This document shows, piece after piece, positions 36,001 to 49,095 of a stretch of 64,000 nucleotides of DNA. Within the stretch, counting starts at the first letter, position 1. Each line of letters starts with the position of its first letter. The notes below the pieces were generated by a model, which ran no database searches, was not told where the DNA came from, and saw only the letters and a list, made by a program, of their open reading frames with translations. The DNA is from Eledone cirrhosa (lineage: Eukaryota). The position numbers and the translations under genes are program-made. The stretch spans positions 394,072,001-394,136,000 of the forward strand of contig OZ024741.1 of NCBI GenBank assembly GCA_964016885.1. The letters are read 5' to 3'.

Positions 36001-39000
36001 GAAGTATTATATTGTAAACAATATTAAAACATGTGAAGTATTATATTGTAAACAATATTAACACATGTAAAGTATTATATTGTAAACAATATTAAAACAT
36101 GTGAAGTATTATGTTGTAAACAATATTAACACATGTGAAGTATTATATCATAAACAATATTAAAACATGTGAAGTATTATATTGTAAACATTATTAACAC
36201 ATGTGAAGTATTATATTGTAAACAATATTAAAACATGTGAAGTATTATATCATAAACAATATTAACACATGTGAAGTATTATATTGTAAACAATATTAAC
36301 ACATGTGAAGTATTATATTGTAAACAATATTAACACATGTGAAGTATTATATCATAAACAATATTAAAACATGTGAAATATTATATTGTAAACAATATTA
36401 ACACATGTGAAGTATTATATTTTAAACAATATTAACACATGTGAAGTATTATATTGTAAACAATATTAACACATGTGAAGTATTATATTGTAAACAATAT
36501 TAAATCATGTAAATATTATATTGTAAACAATATTAAAACATGTGAAGTATTATATCATAAACAATATTAACACATGTGAAGTATTATATGGTAAACAATA
36601 TTAAAACATGTGAAGTATTATATTGTAAACAATATTAAAACATGTGAAGTATTATATTGTAAACAATATTGACACATGTAAAGTATTATATTGTAAACAA
36701 TATTAAAACATGTGAAGTATTATATTGTAAACAATATTAACACATGTGAAGTATTATATTGTAAACAATATTAAAACATGTGAAGTATTATATTGTAAAC
36801 AATATTAACACATGTAAAGTATTATATTGTAAACAATATTAAGACATGTGAAGTATTATATTGTAAACAATATTAAAACATGTGAAATATTATATCATAA
36901 ACAATATTAACACATGTGAAGTATTATATTGTAAACAATATTAAAACATGTGAAGTATTATATTGTAAACAATATTAACACATGTGAAGTATTATATTGT
37001 AAACAATATCAACACATGTGAAGTATTATATTGTAAACAATATTAAAACATGTGAAGTATTATATTGTAAACAATATTAACACATGTGAAGTATTATATT
37101 GTAAACAATATTAAAACATGTGAAGTATTATATTGTAAACAATATTAACACATGTGAAGTATTATATTGTAAACAATATTAACACATGTGAAGTATTATA
37201 TTGTAAACAATATTAAAACATGTGAAGTATTATATTGTAAACAATATTAACACATGTAAAGTATTATATTGTAAACAATATTAAAACATGTGAAGTATTA
37301 TATCATAAACAATATTAACACATGTGAAGTATTATATTGTAACCAATATTAACACATGTGAAGTATTATATCATAAACAATATTAAAACATGTGAAGTAT
37401 TATATTGTAAACAATATTAACACATGTGAAGTATTATATTTTAAACAATATTAACACATGTGAAGTATTATATTGTAAACAATATTAACACATGTGAAGT
37501 ATTATATTGTAAACAATATTAAATCATGTGAAGTATTATATTGTAAACAATATTAACACATGTGAACTATTATATTTTAAACAATATTAAAACATGTGAA
37601 GTATTATATTGTAAACAATATTAACACATGTGAAGTATTATATTGTAAACAATATTAACACATGTGAAGTATTATATTGTAAACAATATTAAAACATGTG
37701 AAGTATTATATTGTAAACAATATTAACACATGTAAAGTATTATATTGTAAACAATATTAAAACATGTGAAGTATTATATCATAAACAATATTAACACATG
37801 TGAAGTATTATATTGTAAACAATAATAACACATGTGAAGTATTATATTGTAAACAATATTAAAACATGTGAAGTATTATATCATAAACAATATTAACACA
37901 TGTGAAGTATTATATTGTAAACAATATTAACACATGTGAAGTATTATATTGTAAACAATATTAACACATGTGAAGTATTATATTGTAAACAATATTAAAA
38001 CATGTGAAGTATTATATTGTAAACAATATTAAAACATGTGAAGTATTATATTGTAAAAAATATTAACACATGTGAAGTATTATATTGTAAACAATATTAA
38101 AACATGTGAAGTATTATATTGTAAACAATATAAACACATGTGAAGTATTATATTGTAAACAATATTAACACATGTGAAGTATTATATTGCAAACAATATT
38201 AAAACATGTGAAGTATTATATTGTAAACAATATTAACACATGTAAAGTATTATATTGTAAACAATATTAAAACATGTGAAGTATTATATCATAAACAATA
38301 TTAACACATGTGAAGTATTATATTGTAAACAATATTAACACATGTGAAGTATTATATCATAAACAATATTAAAACATGTGAAATATTATATTGTAAACAA
38401 TATTAACACATGTGAAGTATTATATTTTAAACAATATTAACACATGTGAAGTATTATATTGTAAACAATATTAAAACATGTGAAGTATTATATTGTAAAC
38501 AATATTAAATCATGTAAAGTATTATATTGTAAACAATATTAAAACATGTGAAGTATTATATCATAAACAATATTAACACATGTGAAGTATTATATGGTAG
38601 ACAATATTAAAACATGTGAAGTATTATATTGTAAACAATATTAAAACATGTGAAGTATTATATTGTAAACAATATTAACACATGTGAAGTATTATATTTT
38701 AAACAATATTAACACATGTGAAGTATTATATTGTAAACAATATTAAAACATGTGAAGTATTATATTGTAAACAATATTAACACATGTAAAGTATTATATT
38801 GTAAACAATATTAAAACATGTGAAGTATTATATCATAAACAATATTAACACATGTGAAGTATTATATTGTAAACAATATTCACACATGTGGAGTATTATA
38901 TTGTAAACAATATTAAAACATGTGAAGTATTATATTGTAAACAATATTAACACATGTAAAGTATTATATTGTAAACAATATTAAAACACGTGAAGTATTA

Positions 39001-42000
39001 TATCGTAAACAATATTAACACATGTGAAGTATTATATTGTAAACAATATTAAAACATGTGAAGTATTATATTGTAAACAATATTAAAACATGTGAAGTAT
39101 TATATTGTAAACAATATTAAAACATGTGAAGTATTATATTGTAAACAATATTAACACATGTAAAGTATTATATTGTAAACAATATTAAAACATGTGAAGT
39201 ATTATGTTGTAAACAATATTAACACATGTGAAGTATTATATCATAAACAATATTAAAACATGTGAAGTATTATATTGTAAACATTATTAACACATGTGAA
39301 GTATTATATTGTAAACAATATTAAAACATGTGAAGTATTATATCATAAACAATATTAACACATGTGAAGTATTATATTGTAAACAATATTAACACATGTG
39401 AAGTATTATATTGTAAACAATATTAACACATGTGAAGTATTATATCATAAACAATATTAAAACATGTGAAATATTATATTGTAAACAATATTAACACATG
39501 TGAAGTATTATATTTTAAACAATATTAACACATGTGAAGTATTATATTGTAAACAATATTAACACATGTGAAGTATTATATTGTAAACAATATTAAATCA
39601 TGTAAATATTATATTGTAAACAATATTAAAACATGTGAAGTATTATATCATAAACAATATTAACACATGTGAAGTATTATATGGTAAACAATATTAAAAC
39701 ATGTGAAGTATTATATTGTAAACAATATTAAAACATGTGAAGTATTATATTGTAAACAATATTGACACATGTAAAGTATTATATTGTAAACAATATTAAA
39801 ACATGTGAAGTATTATATTGTAAACAATATTAACACATGTGAAGTATTATATTGTAAACAATATTAAAACATGTGAAGTATTATATTGTAAACAATATTA
39901 ACACATGTAAAGTATTATATTGTAAACAATATTAAGACATGTGAAGTATTATATTGTAAACAATATTAAAACATGTGAAATATTATATCATAAACAATAT
40001 TAACACATGTGAAGTATTATATTGTAAACAATATTAAAACATGTGAAGTATTATATTGTAAACAATATTAACACATGTGAAGTATTATATTGTAAACAAT
40101 ATCAACACATGTGAAGTATTATATTGTAAACAATATTAAAACATGTGAAGTATTATATTGTAAACAATATTAACACATGTGAAGTATTATATTGTAAACA
40201 ATATTAAAACATGTGAAGTATTATATTGTAAACAATATTAACACATGTGAAGTATTATATTGTAAACAATATTAACACATGTGAAGTATTATATTGTAAA
40301 CAATATTAAAACATGTGAAGTATTATATTGTAAACAATATTAACACATGTAAAGTATTATATTGTAAACAATATTAAAACATGTGAAGTATTATATCATA
40401 AACAATATTAACACATGTGAAGTATTATATTGTAACCAATATTAACACATGTGAAGTATTATATCATAAACAATATTAAAACATGTGAAGTATTATATTG
40501 TAAACAATATTAACACATGTGAAGTATTATATTTTAAACAATATTAACACATGTGAAGTATTATATTGTAAACAATATTAACACATGTGAAGTATTATAT
40601 TGTAAACAATATTAAATCATGTGAAGTATTATATTGTAAACAATATTAACACATGTGAACTATTATATTTTAAACAATATTAAAACATGTGAAGTATTAT
40701 ATTGTAAACAATATTAACACATGTGAAGTATTATATTGTAAACAATATTAACACATGTGAAGTATTATATTGTAAACAATATTAAAACATGTGAAGTATT
40801 ATATTGTAAACAATATTAACACATGTAAAGTATTATATTATAAACAATATTAAAACATGTGAAGTATTATATCATAAACAATATTAACACATGTGAAGCA
40901 TTATATTGTAAACAATAATAACACATGTGAAGTATTATATTGTAAACAATATTAAAACATGTGAAGTATTATATCATAAACAATATTAACACATGTGAAG
41001 TATTATATTGTAAACAATATTAACACATGTGAAGTATTATATTGTAAACAATATTAACACATGTGAAGTATTATATTGTAAACAATATTAAAACATGTGA
41101 AGTATTATATTGTAAACAATATTAAAACATGTGAAGTATTATATTGTAAAAAATATTAACACATGTGAAGTATTATATTGTAAACAATATTAAAACATGT
41201 GAAGTATTATATTGTAAACAATATAAACACATGTGAAGTATTATATTGTAAACAATATTAACACATGTGAAGTATTATATTGCAAACAATATTAAAACAT
41301 GTGAAGTATTATATTGTAAACAATATTAACACATGTAAAGTATTATATTGTAAACAATATTAAAACATGTGAAGTATTATATCATAAACAATATTAACAC
41401 ATGTGAAGTATTATATTGTAAACAATATTAACACATGTGAAGTATTATATCATAAACAATATTAAAACATGTGAAATATTATATTGTAAACAATATTAAC
41501 ACATGTGAAGTATTATATTTTAAACAATATTAACACATGTGAAGTATTATATTGTAAACAATATTAAAACATGTGAAGTATTATATTGTAAACAATATTA
41601 AATCATGTAAAGTATTATATTGTAAACAATATTAAAACATGTGAAGTATTATATCATAAACAATATTAACACATGTGAAGTATTATATGGTAGACAATAT
41701 TAAAACATGTGAAGTATTATATTGTAAACAATATTAAAACATGTGAAGTATTATATTGTAAACAATATTAACACATGTGAAGTATTATATTTTAAACAAT
41801 ATTAACACATGTGAAGTATTATATTGTAAACAATATTAAAACATGTGAAGTATTATATTGTAAACAATATTAACACATGTAAAGTATTATATTGTAAACA
41901 ATATTAAAACATGTGAAGTATTATATCATAAACAATATTAACACATGTGAAGTATTATATTGTAAACAATATTCACACATGTGGAGTATTATATTGTAAA

Positions 42001-45000
42001 CAATATTAAAACATGTGAAGTATTATATTGTAAACAATATTAACACATGTAAAGTATTATATTGTAAACAATATTAAAACACGTGAAGTATTATATCGTA
42101 AACAATATTAACACATGTGAAGTATTATATTGTAAACAATATTAAAACATGTGAAGTATTATATTGTAAACAATATTAAAACATGTGAAGTATTATATTG
42201 TAAACCATATTAACACTTGTGAAGTATTATATTGTAAACAATATTAAAACATGTGAAGTATTATATTGTAAAAAATATTAACACATGTGAAGTATTATAT
42301 TGTAAACAATATTAAAACATGTGAAGTATTATATTGTAAACAATATAAACACATGTGAAGTATTATATTGTAAACAATATTAACACATGTGAAGTATTAT
42401 ATTGTAAACAATATTAAAACATGTGAAGTATTATATTGTAAACAATATTAACACATGTAAAGTATTATATTGTAAACAATATTAAAACATGTGAAGTATT
42501 ATATCATAAACAATATTAACACATGTGAAGTATTATATTGTAAACAATATTAACACATGTGAAGTATTATATCATAAACAATATTAAAACATGTGAAATA
42601 TTATATTGTAAACAATATTAACACATGTGAAGTATTATATTTTAAACAATATTTACACATGTGAAGTATTATATTGTAAACAATATTAACACATGTGAAG
42701 TATTATATTGTAAACAATATTAAATCATGTAAAGTATTATATTGTAAACAATATTAAAACATGTGAAGTATTATATCATAAACAATATTAACACATGTGA
42801 AGTATTATATGGTAGACAATATTAAAACATGTGAAGTATTATATTGTAAACAATATTAAAACATGTGAAGTATTATATTGTAAACAATATTAACACATGT
42901 GAAGTATTATATTTTAAACAATATTAACACATGTGAAGTATTATATTGTAAACAATATTAAAACATGTGAAGTATTATATTGTAAACAATATTGACACAT
43001 GTAAAGTATTATATTGTAAACAATATTAAAACATGTGAAGTATTATATTGTAAACAATATTAACACATGTAAAGTATTATATTGTAAACAATATTAAAAC
43101 ATGTGAAGTATTATATCATAAACAATATTAACACATGTGAAGTATTATATTGTAAACAATATTAACACATGTGAAGTATTATATTGTAAACAATATTAAA
43201 ACATGTGAAGTATTATATCATAAACAATATTAACACATGTGAAGTATTATATTGTAAACAATATTAACACATGTGAAGTATTATATTGTAAACAATATTA
43301 ACACATGTGAAGTATTATATTGTAAACAATATTAAAACATGTGAAGTATTATATTGTAAACAATATTAAAACATGTGAAGTATTATATTGTAAAAAATAT
43401 TAACACATGTGAAGTATTATATTGTAAACAATATTAAAACATGTGAAGTATTATATTGTAAACAATATAAACACATGTGAAGTATTATATTGTAAACAAT
43501 ATTAACACATGTGAAGTATTATATTGTAAACAATATTAAAACATGTGAAGTATTATATTGTAAACAATATTAACACATGTAAAGTATTATATTGTAAACA
43601 ATATTAAAACATGTGAAGTATTATATCATAAACAATATTAACACATGTGAAGTATTATATTGTAAACAATATTAACACATGTGAAGTATTATATCATAAA
43701 CAATATTAAAACATGTGAAATATTATATTGTAAACAATATTAACACATGTGAAGTATTATATTTTAAACAATATTAACACATGTGAAGTATTATATTGTA
43801 AACAATATTAACACATGTGAAGTATTATATTGTAAACAATATTAAATCATGTAAAGTATTATATTGTAAACAATATTAAACCATGTGAAGTATTATATCA
43901 TAAACAATATTAACACATGTGAAGTATTATATGGTAGACAATATTAAAACATGTGAAGTATTATATTGTAAACAATATTAAAACATGTGAAGTATTATAT
44001 TGTAAACAATATTAACACATGTGAAGTATTATATTTTAAACAATATTAACACATGTGAAGTATTATATTGTAAACAATATTAAAACATGTGAAGTATTAT
44101 ATTGTAAACAATATTAACACATGTAAAGTATTATATTGTAAACAATATTAAAACATGTGAAGTATTATATCATAAACAATATTAACACATGTGAAGTATT
44201 ATATTGTAAACAATATTCACACATGTGGAGTATTATATTGTAAACAATATTAAAACATGTGAAGTATTATATTGTAAACAATATTAACACATGTAAAGTA
44301 TTATATTGTAAACAATATTAAAACACGTGAAGTATTATATCGTAAACAATATTAACACATGTGAAGTATTATATTGTAAACAATATTAAAACATGTGAAG
44401 TATTATATTGTAAACAATATTAAAACATGTGAAGTATTATATTGTAAACCATATTAACACTTGTGAAGTATTATATTGTAAACAATATTAAAACATGTGA
44501 AGTATTATATTGTAAACAATATTAAAACATGTGAAGTATTATATTGTAAACAATATTAAGACATGTAAAGTATTATATTGTAAACAATACTAAAACATGT
44601 GAAGTATTATATTGTAAACAATATTAACACATGTGAAGTATTATATAATAAACAATATTAAAACATGTGAAGTATTATATTGTAAACAATATTAACACAT
44701 GTGAAGTATTATATTGTAAACAATATTAAAACATGTGAAGTATTATATTGTAAACAATATTAACACATGTGAAGTATTATATAATAAACAATATTAAAAC
44801 ATGTGAAGTATTATATTGTAAACAATATTAACACATGTGAAGTATTATATTGTAAACAATATTAAAACATGTGAAGTATTATATCATAAACAATACTAAC
44901 ACATGTGAAGTATTATATTGTAAACAATATTAACACATGTGAAGTATTATATCATAAACAATATTAAAACATGTGAAGTATTATATTGTAAACAATACGA

Positions 45001-45561
45001 AAACATGTGAACTATTATATTATAAACAATATTAAAACATGTGAAGTATTATATTGTAAACAATATTAACACATGTAAAGTATTATATTGTAAACAATAT
45101 TAAAACATGTGAAGTATTATATTGTAAACAATATTAAAACATGTGAAGTATTATATTGTAAACAATATTAACACATGTGAAGTATTATTTCATAAACAAT
45201 ATTAACACATGTGAAGTATTATATTATAAACAATATTAACACATGTGAAGTATTATATCATAAACAATATTAACACATGTGAAGTATTATATCATAAACA
45301 ATATTAACACATATGAAGTATTATATCATAAACAATATTAACACATGTGAAGTATTATATCATAAACAATATTAACACATATGAAGTATTATATCATAAA
45401 CAATATTAACACATGTGAAGTATTATATCATAAACAATATTAACACATGTGAAGTATTATATCATAAACAATATTAACACATATGAAGTATTATATCATA
45501 AACAATATTAACACATGTGAAGTATTATATCATAAACAATATTGACACATGTGAAGTATTA
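1..45561. repeat. 34-bp tandem satellite array (~1,340 monomers), truncated by the window on the left
   Basis: AAAC recurs at positions 7, 41, 75 and so on (period 34). Consensus AAACAATATTAA(C/A)ACATGTGAAGTATTATAT(TG/CA)T. The array ends abruptly at ...GTGAAGTATTA|AATCAAAAG (~45,561). The ORF track has no ORFs here. Confidence 0.99.
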
Positions 45562-46105
45562 AATCAAAAGTGTGGTACTTGTTTTCCAGTAAAATATTTT
45601 TTTTTGTATCGTTGGAAGTCAACTCATGAAAGGAAATGAATATTTTCAAACTGGGAATCTTATGAAATTATAATCTTATTCTATTTATATGGTTATCGTG
45701 TAATTGACAAACTACCGGCCTCCTTATTTCAGGTTAATATACACATATATGTTCTCATATAATATTGCTTCTCTTTAAAATCATATATGTCCGTTAATGT
45801 AACGGTGTACAGAAGCACAACATTTTGTTATACTGCTTTTAATATACCGCATCTGCTTTGCTGTTGCTTTTGATTGAGCTTGTGATCTGCACTGTATTAA
45901 TTAGTATGGTATGAACCTCCTTCGTTGTATCGAGTTATCACATGTATGTAATACAGTTGACACTTCAAACAATATCTAAACTCCTGAGGATATGTAGAGC
46001 GATGAAATAATATCTCGTATGTATCGTGGTATGGTTCACCGCTCTATATAGAAACATGTAGAATAAAGGTGTGTTTTAAGTATAACTTGGTTCTTTTCTC
46101 TATTA

Positions 46106-46206
<101 letters not shown>

Positions 46207-46544
46207 CGAAGATATGTAAGGTTTAAATTTGTTTCTGTGAATCAATGTGCACACAAATAAACAAGGAAGATTGCTTACCAAAGTAATTTTCTTGACATGG
46301 ACTTTGCAGGAGGTACGTAACAGTCTAATTTGAGAGTTCAATGTACAGTATCCAGGTGGAAGATCACGGAGTAATTATAAGATTTAAAAGAAAAAACAAT
46401 TATTTGTAGAAAAGTAATTATAAGATTTACTATGAAAAACAAACGACTAGGTGCGAAGTAGAGGTTAGAGGAGAAATATTTAATTAGAGTCCGTTCTTTA
46501 ACATATGTTTCACTACAACATCAGTCTACGAGCGCTGATTGCAT

Positions 46545-46709
46545 TCGGACGCCATGCTTTGACGCATAGAGTTACGGCCCTTGCCATTCTGAGTTCAAAT
46601 CCTGCCGAGGTTAACTTTGCCTTTCATCCTTACGGGGTCGATAAAATAAAGTACCAGTAATGTACTGGGTAATTGCTGGCCTTGTGACAATAGTAGAAAC
46701 AATTATTAT
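46545..46709 (+). mobile_element. tRNA-like SINE copy, 5'-truncated
   Basis: Closely similar to 50,863-51,027. B-box-like GAGTTCAAATC, central block GCCGAGGTTAACTTTGCCTTTCATCCTTACGGGGTCGATAAAATAAAGTACCAG, and an ATTATT tail. Confidence 0.85.
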
Positions 46710-46824
46710 GCATAAAAATACTGCACTTCATCAGAAAGAGTTCATAGTTCGAGGTGAGGCATCTTGCAGTAAGGATTTTCTTACCGCAATCAACTCAGAC
46801 TTAAAGGCCTTTATAATTTAAATA

Positions 46825-47150
46825 ATTTAAATAGAGCTAAGTTTAAAATGTAACTTTGAAGAAATAACAGACAAATGTTATCGATATTTCTTTATGTGGA
46901 ACAGTCAGATAAAATTTACCTAGTCTTTCCTCTTTGTCCGTAGAAATTAACTAGACAAATAATCATTTAAACGGAGCTAAGTGTAAAATGTAAGTTTGAA
47001 GAAAAGATAGGTAAACGTTACCAAAAACTCTTCAAAGTTACATTTAAAACTTCGCTCCGTTTAAATGATTATTTAGATGGTTAATTTCTACGGACTAAGA
47101 GGAAAGAAATTGGATTAATTTTGTCTGACTATTCTTCAAACTTATAATTT
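46825..47150. mobile_element. Foldback/MITE-like element with ~100-bp inverted arms
   Basis: 46,903-47,002 is the imperfect reverse complement of 47,029-47,130. A subrepeat ATTTAAA..GAGCTAAGT.TAAAATGTAA.TTTGAAGAAA occurs at ~46,825 and ~46,965. Confidence 0.7.
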
Positions 47151-47249
47151 TATATACCTCTGATTCATAATTATTTATTTAATTCACTCACCGAGTCACA
47201 TCGTTGGAGGTAGCCAACACTCATATATGTATCTGTGACTATGTTTAAA

Positions 47250-47840
<591 letters not shown>

Positions 47841-47842
<2 letters not shown>

Positions 47843-47954
47843 TATTGGTGGTTTGAAATAGCGATGTATACATTTTTAATTAAACATACAGTATATTGCC
47901 AAATATACTATACATACATTCATGTATACATCGCTATTTCAGATCACCAATACT
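47841..47954. mobile_element. ~114-bp MITE-like element with 32-bp terminal inverted repeats
   Basis: AGTATTGGTGGTTTGAAATAGCGATGTATACA (47,841-47,872) matches the reverse complement of 47,923-47,954 with 2 mismatches. Confidence 0.65.
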
Positions 47955-48178
47955 AATATTTATAAGAATCCAGCTTCTATAATTATCGGCAAAGGCAGCG
48001 GAGTGTGTGGTCTTGATAAACGCTAACAAGCGAGAAACAGACTGTCTGTCGACCAATCTCTGTTTGTTTTGCTGAGAATAAGTAAGTTACATAGTCACTA
48101 CTTTAAAACTCATAGCGAATGGTCTTCTAAATGTTTTTAATCAAACAAACAGTATATTGACAAATATACTATACATAC

Positions 48179-48182
<4 letters not shown>

Positions 48183-48223
<41 letters not shown>
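48183..48223. repeat. (TA)n microsatellite
   Basis: Direct reading. Confidence 0.95.
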
Positions 48224-48228
<5 letters not shown>

Positions 48229-48255
48229 ATCAAATTTTGGCTTAATACATTTAAT

Positions 48256-48302
48256 TGCTGACAATCGTTTCTTCCAGATAACTGTCTGGGATCATCGGAA
48301 CA
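48256..48302 (-). ncRNA. Degenerate minimal type I hammerhead ribozyme motif (Penelope-like pseudo-LTR type)
   Basis: Minus strand reads TGTT-CCGATGA-TCCCAGA cagtta TCTGGAA-GAAAC-GATT-GTC-AGCA. The core is one change from CUGAUGA, stem II has one mismatch, stem III is minimal and stem I is TGTT/AGCA. It is followed by ATTAAA and (TA)n. Confidence 0.5.
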
Positions 48303-48390
48303 TTCATTAAGATACATAATTATAAATTATGATACATAATTATGTCGGTGACATCATATTGAAAAGCAAGAGTAACAAAATGATATTATA

Positions 48391-48631
48391 GCGAATGCGA
48401 GCGAACCGAAGATATCGAAAAACCTGGACTTGACTGACCCCTTCCTTTTCATGCCGGTCGCTGTTGAGATCTCCAATATCCTCCGTTCTCAGATTTCAGA
48501 TTTCCTCCGCAAAATCCACCCAGAGGAGTGCATCTCGCTTTAGGAAGGATTCTCGTGAGGCCGAATAGCTGATACGATGCGGGTTGCTGACTGTTCTCCG
48601 CTGCTATGTCTTCATCATCTTATCCGTGTAG
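48391..48631 (+). pseudogene. Relic restriction-like endonuclease C-terminus of a CRE-like non-LTR retrotransposon
   Basis: Manual translation gives ANASEPKISKNLDLTDPFLFMPVAVEISNILRSQISDFLRKI, then after a frameshift KDSREAE*LIRCGLLTVLRCYVFIILS. This resembles the AE..K..KY / F.PxAvE.sG..g..a..FL / D.RE..wL.qr.sl.v.RgN pattern. Confidence 0.55.
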
Positions 48632-48999
48632 AGCATACTATACTATCAAAGGCCTGGAGTTTGCTCCTCCCTTCCTTTTCCCCTTTCTTCATTATTTAAT
48701 TTTTATCTTGCCCCTTTTTTCTGTTTTTCTCTTGCTGTTTAACATTTTAATCCCTCTATTTAAATACTTAAACCATGGTATACTTATTTTTAAAGCTGAA
48801 ACAAAATAGGAAGTTTAATAATTAATAATAAAACTGAAGTGAAAATCAAAGAGAGCATTTTCTTTTTTGTTGGCAATATTGGCAACAGGACCATCACCAA
48901 ATATAAAAATATCCTTTAATTTAGTTTCATATAAATTTACCAATACAAGTTGAATAGCAGCTCACGATGCTATCACTCTATCTCTTCCTACCTCCACTT

Positions 49000-49023
49000 T
49001 CTCTCTCTCTCTCTCTTTCTCTC

Positions 49024-49093
<70 letters not shown>
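49000..49093. repeat. (CT)n + (CA)n compound microsatellite
   Basis: Direct reading. Confidence 0.97.

Positions 49094-49095
<2 letters not shown>

Noticed and set aside
1-45561. CRISPR array (34-bp partly palindromic repeat)
   Set aside because: Monomers are head-to-tail with no unique spacers, there are no cas genes, and the context is eukaryotic.
1-45561. Repetitive protein-coding region
   Set aside because: The unit is not a multiple of 3, frequent TAA/TGA stops occur on both strands, and the ORF track is empty.
46370-46445. Short direct repeat AGTAATTATAAGATTTA twice
   Set aside because: Two copies in AT-rich DNA, most likely a simple local duplication.
46495-46530. Second minimal hammerhead (minus strand CTGATGT...GAAACATATGTT)
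   Set aside because: The core is mismatched, there is no credible stem II, and stem I does not pair.
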